A stretch of 64,000 bases of DNA from an uncultured Spirochaetota bacterium (GTDB lineage Bacteria; Spirochaetota; Brevinematia; Brevinematales; JAOACQ01). Shown piece by piece: positions 39,485-49,600 of the stretch. The stretch is from the NCBI GenBank assembly GCA_963783575.1, contig CAWAOD010000011.1:512001-576000 (forward strand), read 5' to 3'. Each line of letters starts with the position of its first letter. Within the stretch, counting starts at the first letter, position 1. Both the position numbers and the translations under genes were made by a program. The notes beneath the pieces are model-generated. The model was not told the origin of the DNA, ran no database searches, and saw nothing but the letters and a program-made list of their open reading frames with translations.

Positions 39485-42094
39485 TCATCTCTGATCCTTC
39501 AGGCCGGAAGGTCTTAACAATAAAGTGTCAACGGCAGACTTTTCAATGCTTTCTTTACTGAACGGCATTGTATGGTACTTAAGTTCAGCCCATAACTTCA
39601 TCTGGTCCTCGCGGTGCGGATTGAAAATCTGTGCACTCTCACCGGAAGATAAAATAGTCTGCATATTATCAGGATTTTCAAGAGGGATAATATGCCTTTC
39701 ATTGGCTGCGAATGCAATGTTATATTTTAAAGGCGGAAAAGTATAACTAAATGCAAAAGCTATGGAAGTTGGGCTTCCTGCAAACGGAAGAGTCTGTATG
39801 CTGTTAAAAAACAAATTGATTACAGGAACATTGCCAAGGATCTGATGCTTTAAATTTACTGTCTGCACTTTATTCAGAGTCCATTTTGACGGATCTTTTC
39901 CATAATTTGCGGCCAGGTATTTGATTGCGCTCTTCAAGCTGATTTTTGCTATGTCATCCCTGGTTTCTATTTTATCTGTTGTAAAAACATTGTCAAACCA
40001 TGGATTATTTGCATTGGATATTATTTTAACCAGCGATTGAATATGTTTGAGCGGCAGGTAAAATCCCCATACCTGCTTTTGCTCAAGTTCATCATTGAAC
40101 GTATTCACATCCATATATGAATACCAAACAGAAAAAATAGAAGCTCCAATGCTGTTTAGATCATAACGGGCATCCCATTTCCTGGCATAATCCAGGACTT
40201 TTGCTTCCAATTCGTTATCCGGCTTTAATGCGGCTAGGTATTTATTTAAAGTTTGAGCGGCATAGGAGAAATTATCTCCCTGAATTTGCTTCATATCTTC
40301 CATAGTGATCGGTTTACGGTTCGATATTAATGTGCTTAACTGATGGACAAGGCTTCTGGCTCTGTAACCTGGGTGGAACCAGTCATAAGTGAATTTATAG
40401 GGATATGCGTCGGTTACTGTTTTATTATTTGCCGTTGCGACAAAACCTGTAGGAGGATTGAATAAATTGGGCAAAAGGCTGAATGGGATGTAACCTTTCC
40501 ACTCATATTCCCCGGTCCATCCCGGTACCGGGACGGTACCAAGGTGCTTTGAATTCCTTATTGGTATTTTCGCTGCTGCCTGGTAGCCGATATTACCCTG
40601 GATGTCGGCGTAAATGAAGCTTTCACCCAGGTTATCCCAATAGCTTAAGGCGCTGCGGAATTCATCCCAATTCCTGGCCTGGTTTAGCATAAAAATGGAT
40701 TTTATTGAGATGCAGCCGTCATGAACGGCCCAGCGAAGCGCCAGAGGTTCGCTTCCTTTCCATCTGTCCCTTTGAAGCGGCAACCATCTCCCGGCGAAAT
40801 TGGTTTTATTTTTTACATCCTGCAGGTCGTCTTTGGTAATTTTAACCAGGTCGTTTACAATAGGTCCATGGCGGGTGAAAAGAAGATCAAGTACCACGGG
40901 CTGTTGGCCTTTTACATTAATGACTTCTTTTTTCTTTTCCAGATCGTACCATTTGCCCATATAAAGATATTGTTTTGGGTTTTCCGGATTATCAAGTTTT
41001 TCCATATATAAATCCTGTACATCGGGATTTAAATTAACAAATCCCCAGGAAATATCCTTGTTATGGCCTAATAGAATGAGAGGTTCTCCGGGAAGCGAAA
41101 AACCGCTGACGTCGAAACGCCCTCCATGCAGGCCGACTTCATACCAGACGGAAGGAATATTAAGGCCCATATGTACATCACAGGCAAGGATCGGTTTGCC
41201 GGATTCTGTATATTGCCCGCTGACGGCCCATGCGCCGCTGGCCCAGCCGAATGTCGATGAACCGGTAATATAGTCTTCCAGGCTTACCGTTCCTTTGATT
41301 TTATTGTTTTTAAGCCAAATATATTTATCCGCAAAATAATTTTCCGGGATAATATTGTTTTTTTTAGATTTATCGATTCGGGATAAAATGTTTTTCCTCC
41401 AGGAATACTTTTCCAGTTCTTTTGTAATTATTTCGGGATTGTCCTCATCCCAGGCCGGAAGCGCATCATCCGTCATTTTTTCGCCAAGTTTTGCTATCAT
41501 CTGTGCCCGGAAAAGTTCATAACTGAAGTTTACGGCATTCAATAAAGCCATTACATTTCCAAAACTCATCGAATCAAGTGGCGTCCATTTTGAAGGTTTA
41601 ATTTTCAGTAAAGTAAATTCTAACGGCAAGTTATCTTTATGAGTGTCTATATAGGCGTTAATACCGTCGCAATATGCCTGCAATTGGGCTTTAATATCAT
41701 CATCCAGCAAAGGATATGATTTTTCGGCAATTCTGCGCATCCCGTATACTCGCATTGCCTTATCCGTACCGACTCCTGGTTTTCCTACCATTTCGCTTAA
41801 GGTTCCGTTTCCAAGGCGGTGATGAATTTCCAGCTGATATAAACGGTCCTGTGCATGGACATACCCCTGCGCGAAAAACAGGTCATGATCGTTTTCAGCA
41901 TATATGTTAGGTATTCCCCATTTATCCCTCCTGACAGTTACATTTGACTGAAGTCCTTTTACTTCAAGTTTCCCGCTGACCTGCGGCCAGGGTTTTGTTA
42001 TTAAGAATGTTATCATAATAGCCGCAATCAAAATGATGACAGCTATTACAATTCCTGTTATTTTAATAACTTTCAGCTTTGATTTTTTTTTCAT
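39485..42094 (-). CDS. Membrane-anchored penicillin acylase family Ntn-hydrolase (PvdQ/aculeacin acylase-like)
   Basis: N-terminal TM anchor; RDKWGIPNI, FAQGYVHAQDRL, beta-chain start SGAWAVSG (Ser codon 41237-41239), TRHGP and ATANNK. Directly downstream of the PKS gene. Confidence 0.9.
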   Translation of the reverse strand: MKKKSKLKVIKITGIVIAVIILIAAIMITFLITKPWPQVSGKLEVKGLQSNVTVRRDKWGIPNIYAENDHDLFFAQGYVHAQDRLYQLEIHHRLGNGTLSEMVGKPGVGTDKAMRVYGMRRIAEKSYPLLDDDIKAQLQAYCDGINAYIDTHKDNLPLEFTLLKIKPSKWTPLDSMSFGNVMALLNAVNFSYELFRAQMIAKLGEKMTDDALPAWDEDNPEIITKELEKYSWRKNILSRIDKSKKNNIIPENYFADKYIWLKNNKIKGTVSLEDYITGSSTFGWASGAWAVSGQYTESGKPILACDVHMGLNIPSVWYEVGLHGGRFDVSGFSLPGEPLILLGHNKDISWGFVNLNPDVQDLYMEKLDNPENPKQYLYMGKWYDLEKKKEVINVKGQQPVVLDLLFTRHGPIVNDLVKITKDDLQDVKNKTNFAGRWLPLQRDRWKGSEPLALRWAVHDGCISIKSIFMLNQARNWDEFRSALSYWDNLGESFIYADIQGNIGYQAAAKIPIRNSKHLGTVPVPGWTGEYEWKGYIPFSLLPNLFNPPTGFVATANNKTVTDAYPYKFTYDWFHPGYRARSLVHQLSTLISNRKPITMEDMKQIQGDNFSYAAQTLNKYLAALKPDNELEAKVLDYARKWDARYDLNSIGASIFSVWYSYMDVNTFNDELEQKQVWGFYLPLKHIQSLVKIISNANNPWFDNVFTTDKIETRDDIAKISLKSAIKYLAANYGKDPSKWTLNKVQTVNLKHQILGNVPVINLFFNSIQTLPFAGSPTSIAFAFSYTFPPLKYNIAFAANERHIIPLENPDNMQTILSSGESAQIFNPHREDQMKLWAELKYHTMPFSKESIEKSAVDTLLLRPSGLKDQR

Positions 42095-42112
42095 TTTTAT
42101 ACCTCATTTATC

Positions 42113-45100
42113 TTAAAATTCGCCTTCCACATATTTTGTTCCGGCTGGAGTTTCAGATGTTTTTTCTTTATGTGACCAGAGGATAGTTTCAATATATTCA
42201 GCCATATAAGAGACTGTAGGATCCTCAAAAATAACGTTATTGACCGGCAATTCAACTTGAAAATCCTTCCTCAGCCTTGAGATCAAACGGGCATTCATCA
42301 GGGAATCACCGCCTAACTCAAAAAAGTTGTCATAAATTCCGATGGGTTTTATGCCCAGAGTTTCTTCCCATATATTTATAATCGTTTTTTCCAGGTCATT
42401 TCGGGCGGGAGTATATTCTTTTTTCAGGTCTGGCCTGGAACCGAATGAAAGGGCTGAGTTTTCTGCGGTTGAATTATTAATTGAAAGATTAATGTCTGAA
42501 AGTATGATTTCATTCGGTTTAGATCCTGATATTACAACCTGCGGAGGTATCCCCCGGATCATAAGACGATCAAAAAGTTTTCCGGCGTTCTGTGGAATTT
42601 CGCGGCCGGTATTATCCCAATTTAACGTAATCCATTCGGTGCTGCTGAATTTATTGATTTCCCGGATAAATGAATCAAGCCAGGTATATAAAGATGAGTG
42701 AACCGGGGAATTTGAACTTCCGGTATACCCGGTAATAGCAGAGTTTACTGCGATGAAATCAGGGGGATTTTGTGAAACGGCAGTATTAAGATTATTAATC
42801 TCTTTTTTAACATTATTTATAAGACTATTAAAATCAATAATATTGAATGCGTTGAGTGAACTGATGGTTTGCTCCGCTAACAAAGCGGTTCCATACAGGA
42901 TACCGTCAACCCTGCCGGAAATCTCTGCCGCTTTTTTAAACACTTTTTCCATATCGCTTAATATTGTAAGATCTGCTTCTATAAAATCGATACCTGTAAT
43001 ATTTTTTAATTCGGCAGCATTTTCAGGAATAGTATAACCCGGGCGTTGAGTCATAATAATCTTGGCATTATACTTTTGAGCTAAATTCCGGGCAATCGAA
43101 ATTTCTATTTCATTGTGTGAATTTAGAAAAAGATAAGTGCCTTTTTCTTTCAATATACCGATATGATTAAATGGTTCTTCAAGCGTAACCGGTTCAAAAT
43201 CCTGAACCCAGCGTATATTCCTTCGATAAGCTGTTGCTTTATTTGCTTCTTCTATCATAATATCGGAAATAATGGTTTCCGCAAGACCTTCTGATTTGAT
43301 TTCTATTGCAGGATCTTCAGGGCTGATATCTATTAAACGGCATTTCAGATGCGGAAACAAAAGGGGAATAGTTTTCATTAAACCGATAACCGGCTGGAGG
43401 TTCAGATCGATCCGGTCATTAGAATTTATTTCAAATAGATTATTGAAGATCGAGGTAATCCTGATTTCTGATTTAATTTTACTTCCGGCTGTATAACTTG
43501 ATAATAAAAGAAGGTTTTGAAAATCGCTTATTCCCTCATCGGACTTCTGAAGTCCCCAAAGATATAAAATATTATCAATAGGTTTTTCCCGGTTCTGTAT
43601 TTCTTTAAATAATGTTAAATAATCTTCGGGGTTATCTGTGGATATAATGAACTGACCGCCATTGATCTTTTTATATCCTGAACCTCTTCGGATAATAATC
43701 AAATCCTGTCCCCGTTCCGATAAATTTCCGATTAATTTTTCACTAATTTCACTGTCATCAGTGAGAACCAGCCATGTGTTACCTTGCCGATAATTTTTCT
43801 TTAAAATGGGAACCATCGATTTTTTGAAAAAAGGCAGGTATATTTGTCCGGATAAATCCTGATAACCGGATGATGTTTTTTTTATTTGAGAAAGATCCGG
43901 ATAGATCCAGCATGGTTTTTTGTCGAAAGGGTAGGCCGGCAGCGATACCCTGCACCTGGATTCTTCCTTAAAATACTTGTCCCAATCAACAGTAACACCT
44001 GAGAGCCAGAGCTGCGACAAGGTTTGCTTTATGTGTAAAACCGGGCTAATATTTTCCTTTTCCTGAAGCATTGAATTCAATATGGTATGGTCTTTAGATA
44101 TCCCCGGATGCTGGCTGAGCAATGTTTTAAGAGTTCTACCCGGGCCAATTTCTAACAGAATCCAGTCGCTATTTTCCAGTAATATTCCGGAAGCATCATA
44201 AAACCTGACAGTATTCCGTAGATGATTGACCCAGTATTCCGGGTTTAAGGCATCGTCGCCCTTCATCCAGTCTCCGGTTAGAGTTGATACATAGGGAATA
44301 GTTGGTTTATTGAAACGGATTGTCTTTACTTTTTCTAAAAAAGCCGGAAGGATTTGGTCCAGCATTGAGGAATGGAATGCATGAGAAATACTGATCTTCC
44401 TGACGAAAATACCCTGGCCATCCAGATTTGTTTTTAGATTTGCGGTATTTTCTTTAGGTCCTGAAATGGCGCAAAGGGATTGACCGTTAACCGCTGCCAA
44501 TGATAAGCAACCGTTTAATAACGGAAGTATTTTCTCTTCTTCCAGAGAAACAAGCAGCATATCGCCTTCTGGAAGACTGTTAACAAGGCTTGCCATTGTT
44601 AATACAAGGTCGATGGTATCTTCTAAAGACATAACTCCGGCAAGACAGGCGGCTGTGTATTCTCCGATACTATGCCCGGTCATCGCTATTGGAATGATTC
44701 CCCATGATATCCAGAGCTTTGCAAGACTATACTCTATTATAAATATTGAAGGCTGTGAATATAACGCCGTATTTAATATTTCCATGGCTTTTTCAATATC
44801 ACCGGACTCGGGGTAAATAAATGATTTCAAATCTATCCCGGAAAACTTTGTCACGATAGTAAAACACTCATCCATTGTCTCCTTAAAAAAGGGCTCCGAT
44901 TCATACAACTCCTTCCCCATATTAACATACTGCGAGCCCTGCCCCGGAAATAAAAAGACAGTTTCTCTTCCTGTTTTCTCCTCAATTTTCCTGTATATTT
45001 TTGGAGAAGTAATATCACTCAGCGCATTCCTGGCTTCCTGTGCGTCCTTGCAGATAAATGAAAGACGGTGGCTGAAGGTTTTGCGTCCTGCGGCAAGTGT

Positions 45101-46588
45101 GAAGGAAGCATCCGGAAGGATTGAAGCTTTATCTGAACTGAAATAAACCGACATCTCCCTGGCTTTATTGACCAATGCCGTTTCAGATTTTGCAGATAGA
45201 TTGATTATATAATATTTAGAATTACCGGAATCTTTAGATTTTTCAGTAAACGGGGCTTCCTGCAAAATTACATGGGCATTTGTCCCTCCGATACCGAAAG
45301 AACTGACCCCGGCACGCCTTGGCGAGCCGATTGCAGGCCCTTGCGAATCCTTGGTTTTCCAGTCAACAGTAGTGGTATTGACGTAAAACGGGCTGTTTTT
45401 AAAATCGATCTTTGGGTTAGGAGTTTCAAAGTTCAGGCTGGCTGGAATCTTTTGGTACTTTAATGAAAGAACTGTTTTTACTAAACCTGCGACACCGGCC
45501 GCCGCGTCCAGATGCCCGATATTGGTTTTTACGGAACCGATCGCACATGAGTTTGGTTTGACATTGCCGGTATTAAAAGCCTTAGTAAGTGCGGCTATCT
45601 CAATAGGGTCGCCGATAGCCGTTCCGGTACCATGAGCTTCAATGTATGATATTGACTCGGGCTTCAAATTAGCCAGAGTTATTGCCTCGTAGATTACGGA
45701 AGCCTGTCTTTCGAGGCTGGGAGCAGTATATCCCGCTTTTAGAGAACCGTCATTATTGATTGCCGAACCTTTGATTATTGCATATATCTGATCATTGCCA
45801 TCCAGCGCTTCGGATAAAAGCTTCAGCACTACAATTCCAGCTCCGTTGCCGATTACTGTCCCCTGGGCTTTTGCATCAAAAGCACGGCAGCGGCCGTCAG
45901 GAGAAAGAACAATACCTTCGTTATAGAGGTATCCTGATTTTTGCGGAATCCTGAGGGAAACTCCTCCCGCAAGGGCCATATCGCATTCTCCAAGCCGAAT
46001 GGCCTGGCAGGCCGTATGTACTGCAACTAATGATGTTGAACAGGCTGTTTGTATTGTTAAGCTAGGGCCTTTCAGATTTAGTTTATATGAAATCCTTGTC
46101 GCAAGAAAATCTTTGTCGCTAGCAACCATTATATGATACCCGCCTCCTTCTTCCATAAGGTTCCTGTGAGACTGAAGATTATTATATAAATAAGTGTTCA
46201 TTCCTGTACCGGCATAAACTCCAATCCTGCCCCGGTAAATTTCGGGATTGTACCCTGAGTCTTCAAGAGCCTTCCAGGCTTGTTCCAAAAACAGTCTTTG
46301 CTGAGGATCCACAAAGGAGGCTTCACGCGGGCTATAATCAAAAAACGGCGCATCGAAATTTTCGATGTTGTCAATTATGCCGCTTGATCTTACATACCGC
46401 GGATTATTGTATATTTCAGAACTGATTCCGGAGGCTTTTAATTCATCATCGGTAAATGTAGAGATACAGTCCCTTCCCGCTGCAAGGTTTTTCCAGAAGA
46501 TTTCCGCATTTTCAGATTTTGGGAAACAGCAAGATAAACCAACGATTGCTATATCGTTCGGATTGATTTCTTCAATATATTTTTTCAT
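42113..46588 (-). CDS. Type I PKS module KS-AT-(degenerate KR)-ACP
   Basis: KS motifs DPQQR, QTACSTS, HGTGT and KTNIGHL; AT motifs FPGQGSQ, GHSIGE and HAFHS (malonyl type); the KR-like region lacks GGxGxxG; ACP motif GGDSL; C-terminus YVEGEF. Start likely ATG 46588 (the track starts at TTG 46663). Confidence 0.92.
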   Translation of the reverse strand: MKKYIEEINPNDIAIVGLSCCFPKSENAEIFWKNLAAGRDCISTFTDDELKASGISSEIYNNPRYVRSSGIIDNIENFDAPFFDYSPREASFVDPQQRLFLEQAWKALEDSGYNPEIYRGRIGVYAGTGMNTYLYNNLQSHRNLMEEGGGYHIMVASDKDFLATRISYKLNLKGPSLTIQTACSTSLVAVHTACQAIRLGECDMALAGGVSLRIPQKSGYLYNEGIVLSPDGRCRAFDAKAQGTVIGNGAGIVVLKLLSEALDGNDQIYAIIKGSAINNDGSLKAGYTAPSLERQASVIYEAITLANLKPESISYIEAHGTGTAIGDPIEIAALTKAFNTGNVKPNSCAIGSVKTNIGHLDAAAGVAGLVKTVLSLKYQKIPASLNFETPNPKIDFKNSPFYVNTTTVDWKTKDSQGPAIGSPRRAGVSSFGIGGTNAHVILQEAPFTEKSKDSGNSKYYIINLSAKSETALVNKAREMSVYFSSDKASILPDASFTLAAGRKTFSHRLSFICKDAQEARNALSDITSPKIYRKIEEKTGRETVFLFPGQGSQYVNMGKELYESEPFFKETMDECFTIVTKFSGIDLKSFIYPESGDIEKAMEILNTALYSQPSIFIIEYSLAKLWISWGIIPIAMTGHSIGEYTAACLAGVMSLEDTIDLVLTMASLVNSLPEGDMLLVSLEEEKILPLLNGCLSLAAVNGQSLCAISGPKENTANLKTNLDGQGIFVRKISISHAFHSSMLDQILPAFLEKVKTIRFNKPTIPYVSTLTGDWMKGDDALNPEYWVNHLRNTVRFYDASGILLENSDWILLEIGPGRTLKTLLSQHPGISKDHTILNSMLQEKENISPVLHIKQTLSQLWLSGVTVDWDKYFKEESRCRVSLPAYPFDKKPCWIYPDLSQIKKTSSGYQDLSGQIYLPFFKKSMVPILKKNYRQGNTWLVLTDDSEISEKLIGNLSERGQDLIIIRRGSGYKKINGGQFIISTDNPEDYLTLFKEIQNREKPIDNILYLWGLQKSDEGISDFQNLLLLSSYTAGSKIKSEIRITSIFNNLFEINSNDRIDLNLQPVIGLMKTIPLLFPHLKCRLIDISPEDPAIEIKSEGLAETIISDIMIEEANKATAYRRNIRWVQDFEPVTLEEPFNHIGILKEKGTYLFLNSHNEIEISIARNLAQKYNAKIIMTQRPGYTIPENAAELKNITGIDFIEADLTILSDMEKVFKKAAEISGRVDGILYGTALLAEQTISSLNAFNIIDFNSLINNVKKEINNLNTAVSQNPPDFIAVNSAITGYTGSSNSPVHSSLYTWLDSFIREINKFSSTEWITLNWDNTGREIPQNAGKLFDRLMIRGIPPQVVISGSKPNEIILSDINLSINNSTAENSALSFGSRPDLKKEYTPARNDLEKTIINIWEETLGIKPIGIYDNFFELGGDSLMNARLISRLRKDFQVELPVNNVIFEDPTVSYMAEYIETILWSHKEKTSETPAGTKYVEGEF

Positions 46589-46697
46589 ATATTTACCATC
46601 CAATTTTCTTATTCGATATAAAGAGGAAGCCTGTTTGATTGTCAATTCCTCAATTTTAATCAAGAAAGAATTATATCTGGATCAAACGGCATGTTTG

Positions 46698-49600
46698 TTA
46701 AAAATCAAGACGGCTCTTTTTTCTCAAATCCCTCTGGGAATCTATTTGAGAAATTTTATTTTTCCTGGCCTCCACATTTTCTTCATCGAGAGTTTTTCCT
46801 GCATATGATGTATTTTGCGAAAGGTAAACCGCCAGAGAAGAAATTGTCGGATATTGAAACATCTCGACTATGCTGATGGGTTTTTCGGGAAATTCCGGTT
46901 CTAACTTTGTATGCATCTGTACCATAAGCATAGAGTTTCCGCCAAGCTCAAAAAAATTATCATTAACACCGATCTTATCAAGCTTAAGTGCATCCTGCCA
47001 GATAAGTGCGATCTTTTGTTCCATATGGCTTTTTGGTGCAACATAAACGCTTTCCAGTTCCGGCCTGATATAGTCCGGCACCGGCAGTGTTTTCCGGTCT
47101 ATCTTTCCATTTGGTGTTTTTGGAAATTCTTTTAAAAACACGAAATAAGAAGGGATCATATATTCAGGAAGTTTCTCTATAAGATAATGCCGCAGACCGC
47201 TTGTAGTAACCCCTGGATTTGAGCAGATGCAATATGCGATTAGCCTTTTGTCCTGAGGTTTATCCTCACGGACTATGACTATCGACTCTTTTATCGATTC
47301 ATGCTTTGAAAGCACGCTTTCAATTTCTCCAAGTTCTATCCGAAATCCTCGGATCTTCACCTGAAAATCGCTGCGTGATAAGAATTCAATATTGCCATCC
47401 GGCAGGTATCTGGCAAGATCTCCTGTTTTATATATTCTTGATTCATTATCATTAATAAAAGGATTTTTAATAAACCGTTCATCCGTTAATTCTTTCCTGT
47501 TGTAATATCCGCGGGCAACTCCATCCCCGCCGATGTAAAGATCTCCGGTTACTCCAACCGGTACCGGATTAAACCTGCTGTCCAGGATATACATTTGGGT
47601 ATTGTCAATCGGTTTTCCGATAGGGATTGGATACCGCACTTCTTCAATTTTGTAAATACTTGACCAGACTGTGGTTTCAGTAGGGCCGTACATATTCCAG
47701 ACTTCACCTGAACATTGCACGAGCTTTTCTGCAAGCTCCGGTGGAAAAGCCTCTCCGCCGCAGAGAATTTTCAAAGTTTTGCTGCCCTTCCAGCCGTTAT
47801 CCAGTAGAAGTCTCCAGACAGAAGGTGTTGCCTGCATAACTGTCACGTTGTTTTTATCGATTTCTTCAGCAAGGGCTTTTCCATCAGTAATAGTTTTCTG
47901 GTTCATAAGAATAACCTTAGCCCCTGTTGTAAGAGGCAGGAAGATTTCAAGGCCAGCGATATCGAATGAAATGGTTGTGACTGACAATAAGGTATCTTCC
48001 TCTATTAGACCGGGATTCTTCCGCATTGAGTTAAGAAAATTTACTATTGCGCGGTGAGGAATCTGAACGCCTTTCGGCTTTCCTGTTGAACCGGAAGTAT
48101 ATATCATATAAGCCAGGTTATGAAGGCTAACTTTTATATCCGGATTCAGTGAACTTTCTTTATTAATGTCTTCATTATCTTTATCCAGGCAGACCGGCTT
48201 GATAAAAGGGAAAGAAAAATAGTGCAGGAATTTTTCCTCGGTGATGGAAGGAATAGCGCCATTCTGCGAAATATCTTCAAGAATCAATGCGATTCTGTCT
48301 TTCGGATAAATGGGGTCAAGCGGCAAATAATAGCCTCCGGCCTTTAATATCCCTAATAATGCTGCGATAAGATTTAGCGAGCGTTCAAGGCAGACCGGCA
48401 CTACCGATTCTTCCTTAACACCAATCCGCTTCAGATAATGTGCGATACGGTTTGCTCTTTGGTTAAGTTCGCTGTATGTAATGGATTCTCCTTCAAAAAG
48501 GATTGCTATCGCGTCCGGTCTTTTATCTGCCTGTGCTTCGAAAAGTTTGAACAACGGCTTGTTCGGGTATTCTGCTTTTGTAGAATTCCATTCCCGCAAG
48601 AGTTGATCTTTTTTCGAATCGGGAAGAAATTGCATTGATGTTAACGGGTTTTTCATATCCCGGCAGACAACATCAAGTAATGTGATAAACTCAGTGCTCA
48701 TTCGCTGTATTGTATCTTTTGTGAAAAGACCGGTATTATACTGGAATGAAAAAGCAAATCGATTTTCAATGTCTGCTGCCAGAAGGGTCAGATCAAATTG
48801 AGATGATTGGCATCCAAGCGGAAGAAGCCTGACTTTTAGTCCCGAAATATCTGTATCTATAGGCATTTCGTTCAATGAAAACCCTGATAAACCTGCAAGT
48901 TCCGGGTTCGGTGATTTCTGGTATGAAAACATAATTTGAAAAATCGGCGAGCGGCTTAAATCACGGGCCGACTGGAGCTTGTCCACAATAAGTTTAAAAG
49001 GATAATATTGGTTTTCAAATACTCTAAGTACATTGGTCCTTACAGTTTCTAGTAAATTCCGGAAGCTTTCGCTGCCTTCAAACCGAGTCCTGATAGGTAT
49101 TGGGTTTATGAAATAACCGCTAATCGGGAAAAACTGCGCGCTTTTACGGCTTGCGCTGGGCGTACCGACAATAATATCCATCTGTCCGGTATAGCGGTAT
49201 AAAAAAACATAAAAAACCGACAGCAAAAATACAAAAGGCGTGCAATTGTATTGACCGCATAACCGTCTGATTTCATCACTCAATGGCTTTCCTGTTTCTG
49301 TAAATACCGAATCTCCTTTAAATGTCTGAACGGGAGGTCGCGGCAAGTCCGTATTTATGCTCACAGGTTGAATATCTCCGCTTAATTCTTTCTTCCAGAA
49401 TTCTTCCGCCGGCTGATTTTTTTCAAGGTATTCCCGTTGCCATTCTATAAAATGATAATATGATCCGCTTTCTTTTATTTCTCCTGCTGTTCCGGTTTTT
49501 TTTATCCTTGAGTAATACCCGCCAAGGTCTGAAGCTAAATAAGACAGCGACCAGAAATCGGTAATAATATGGTGGAACACTAACAACAGCAGATAATCCC

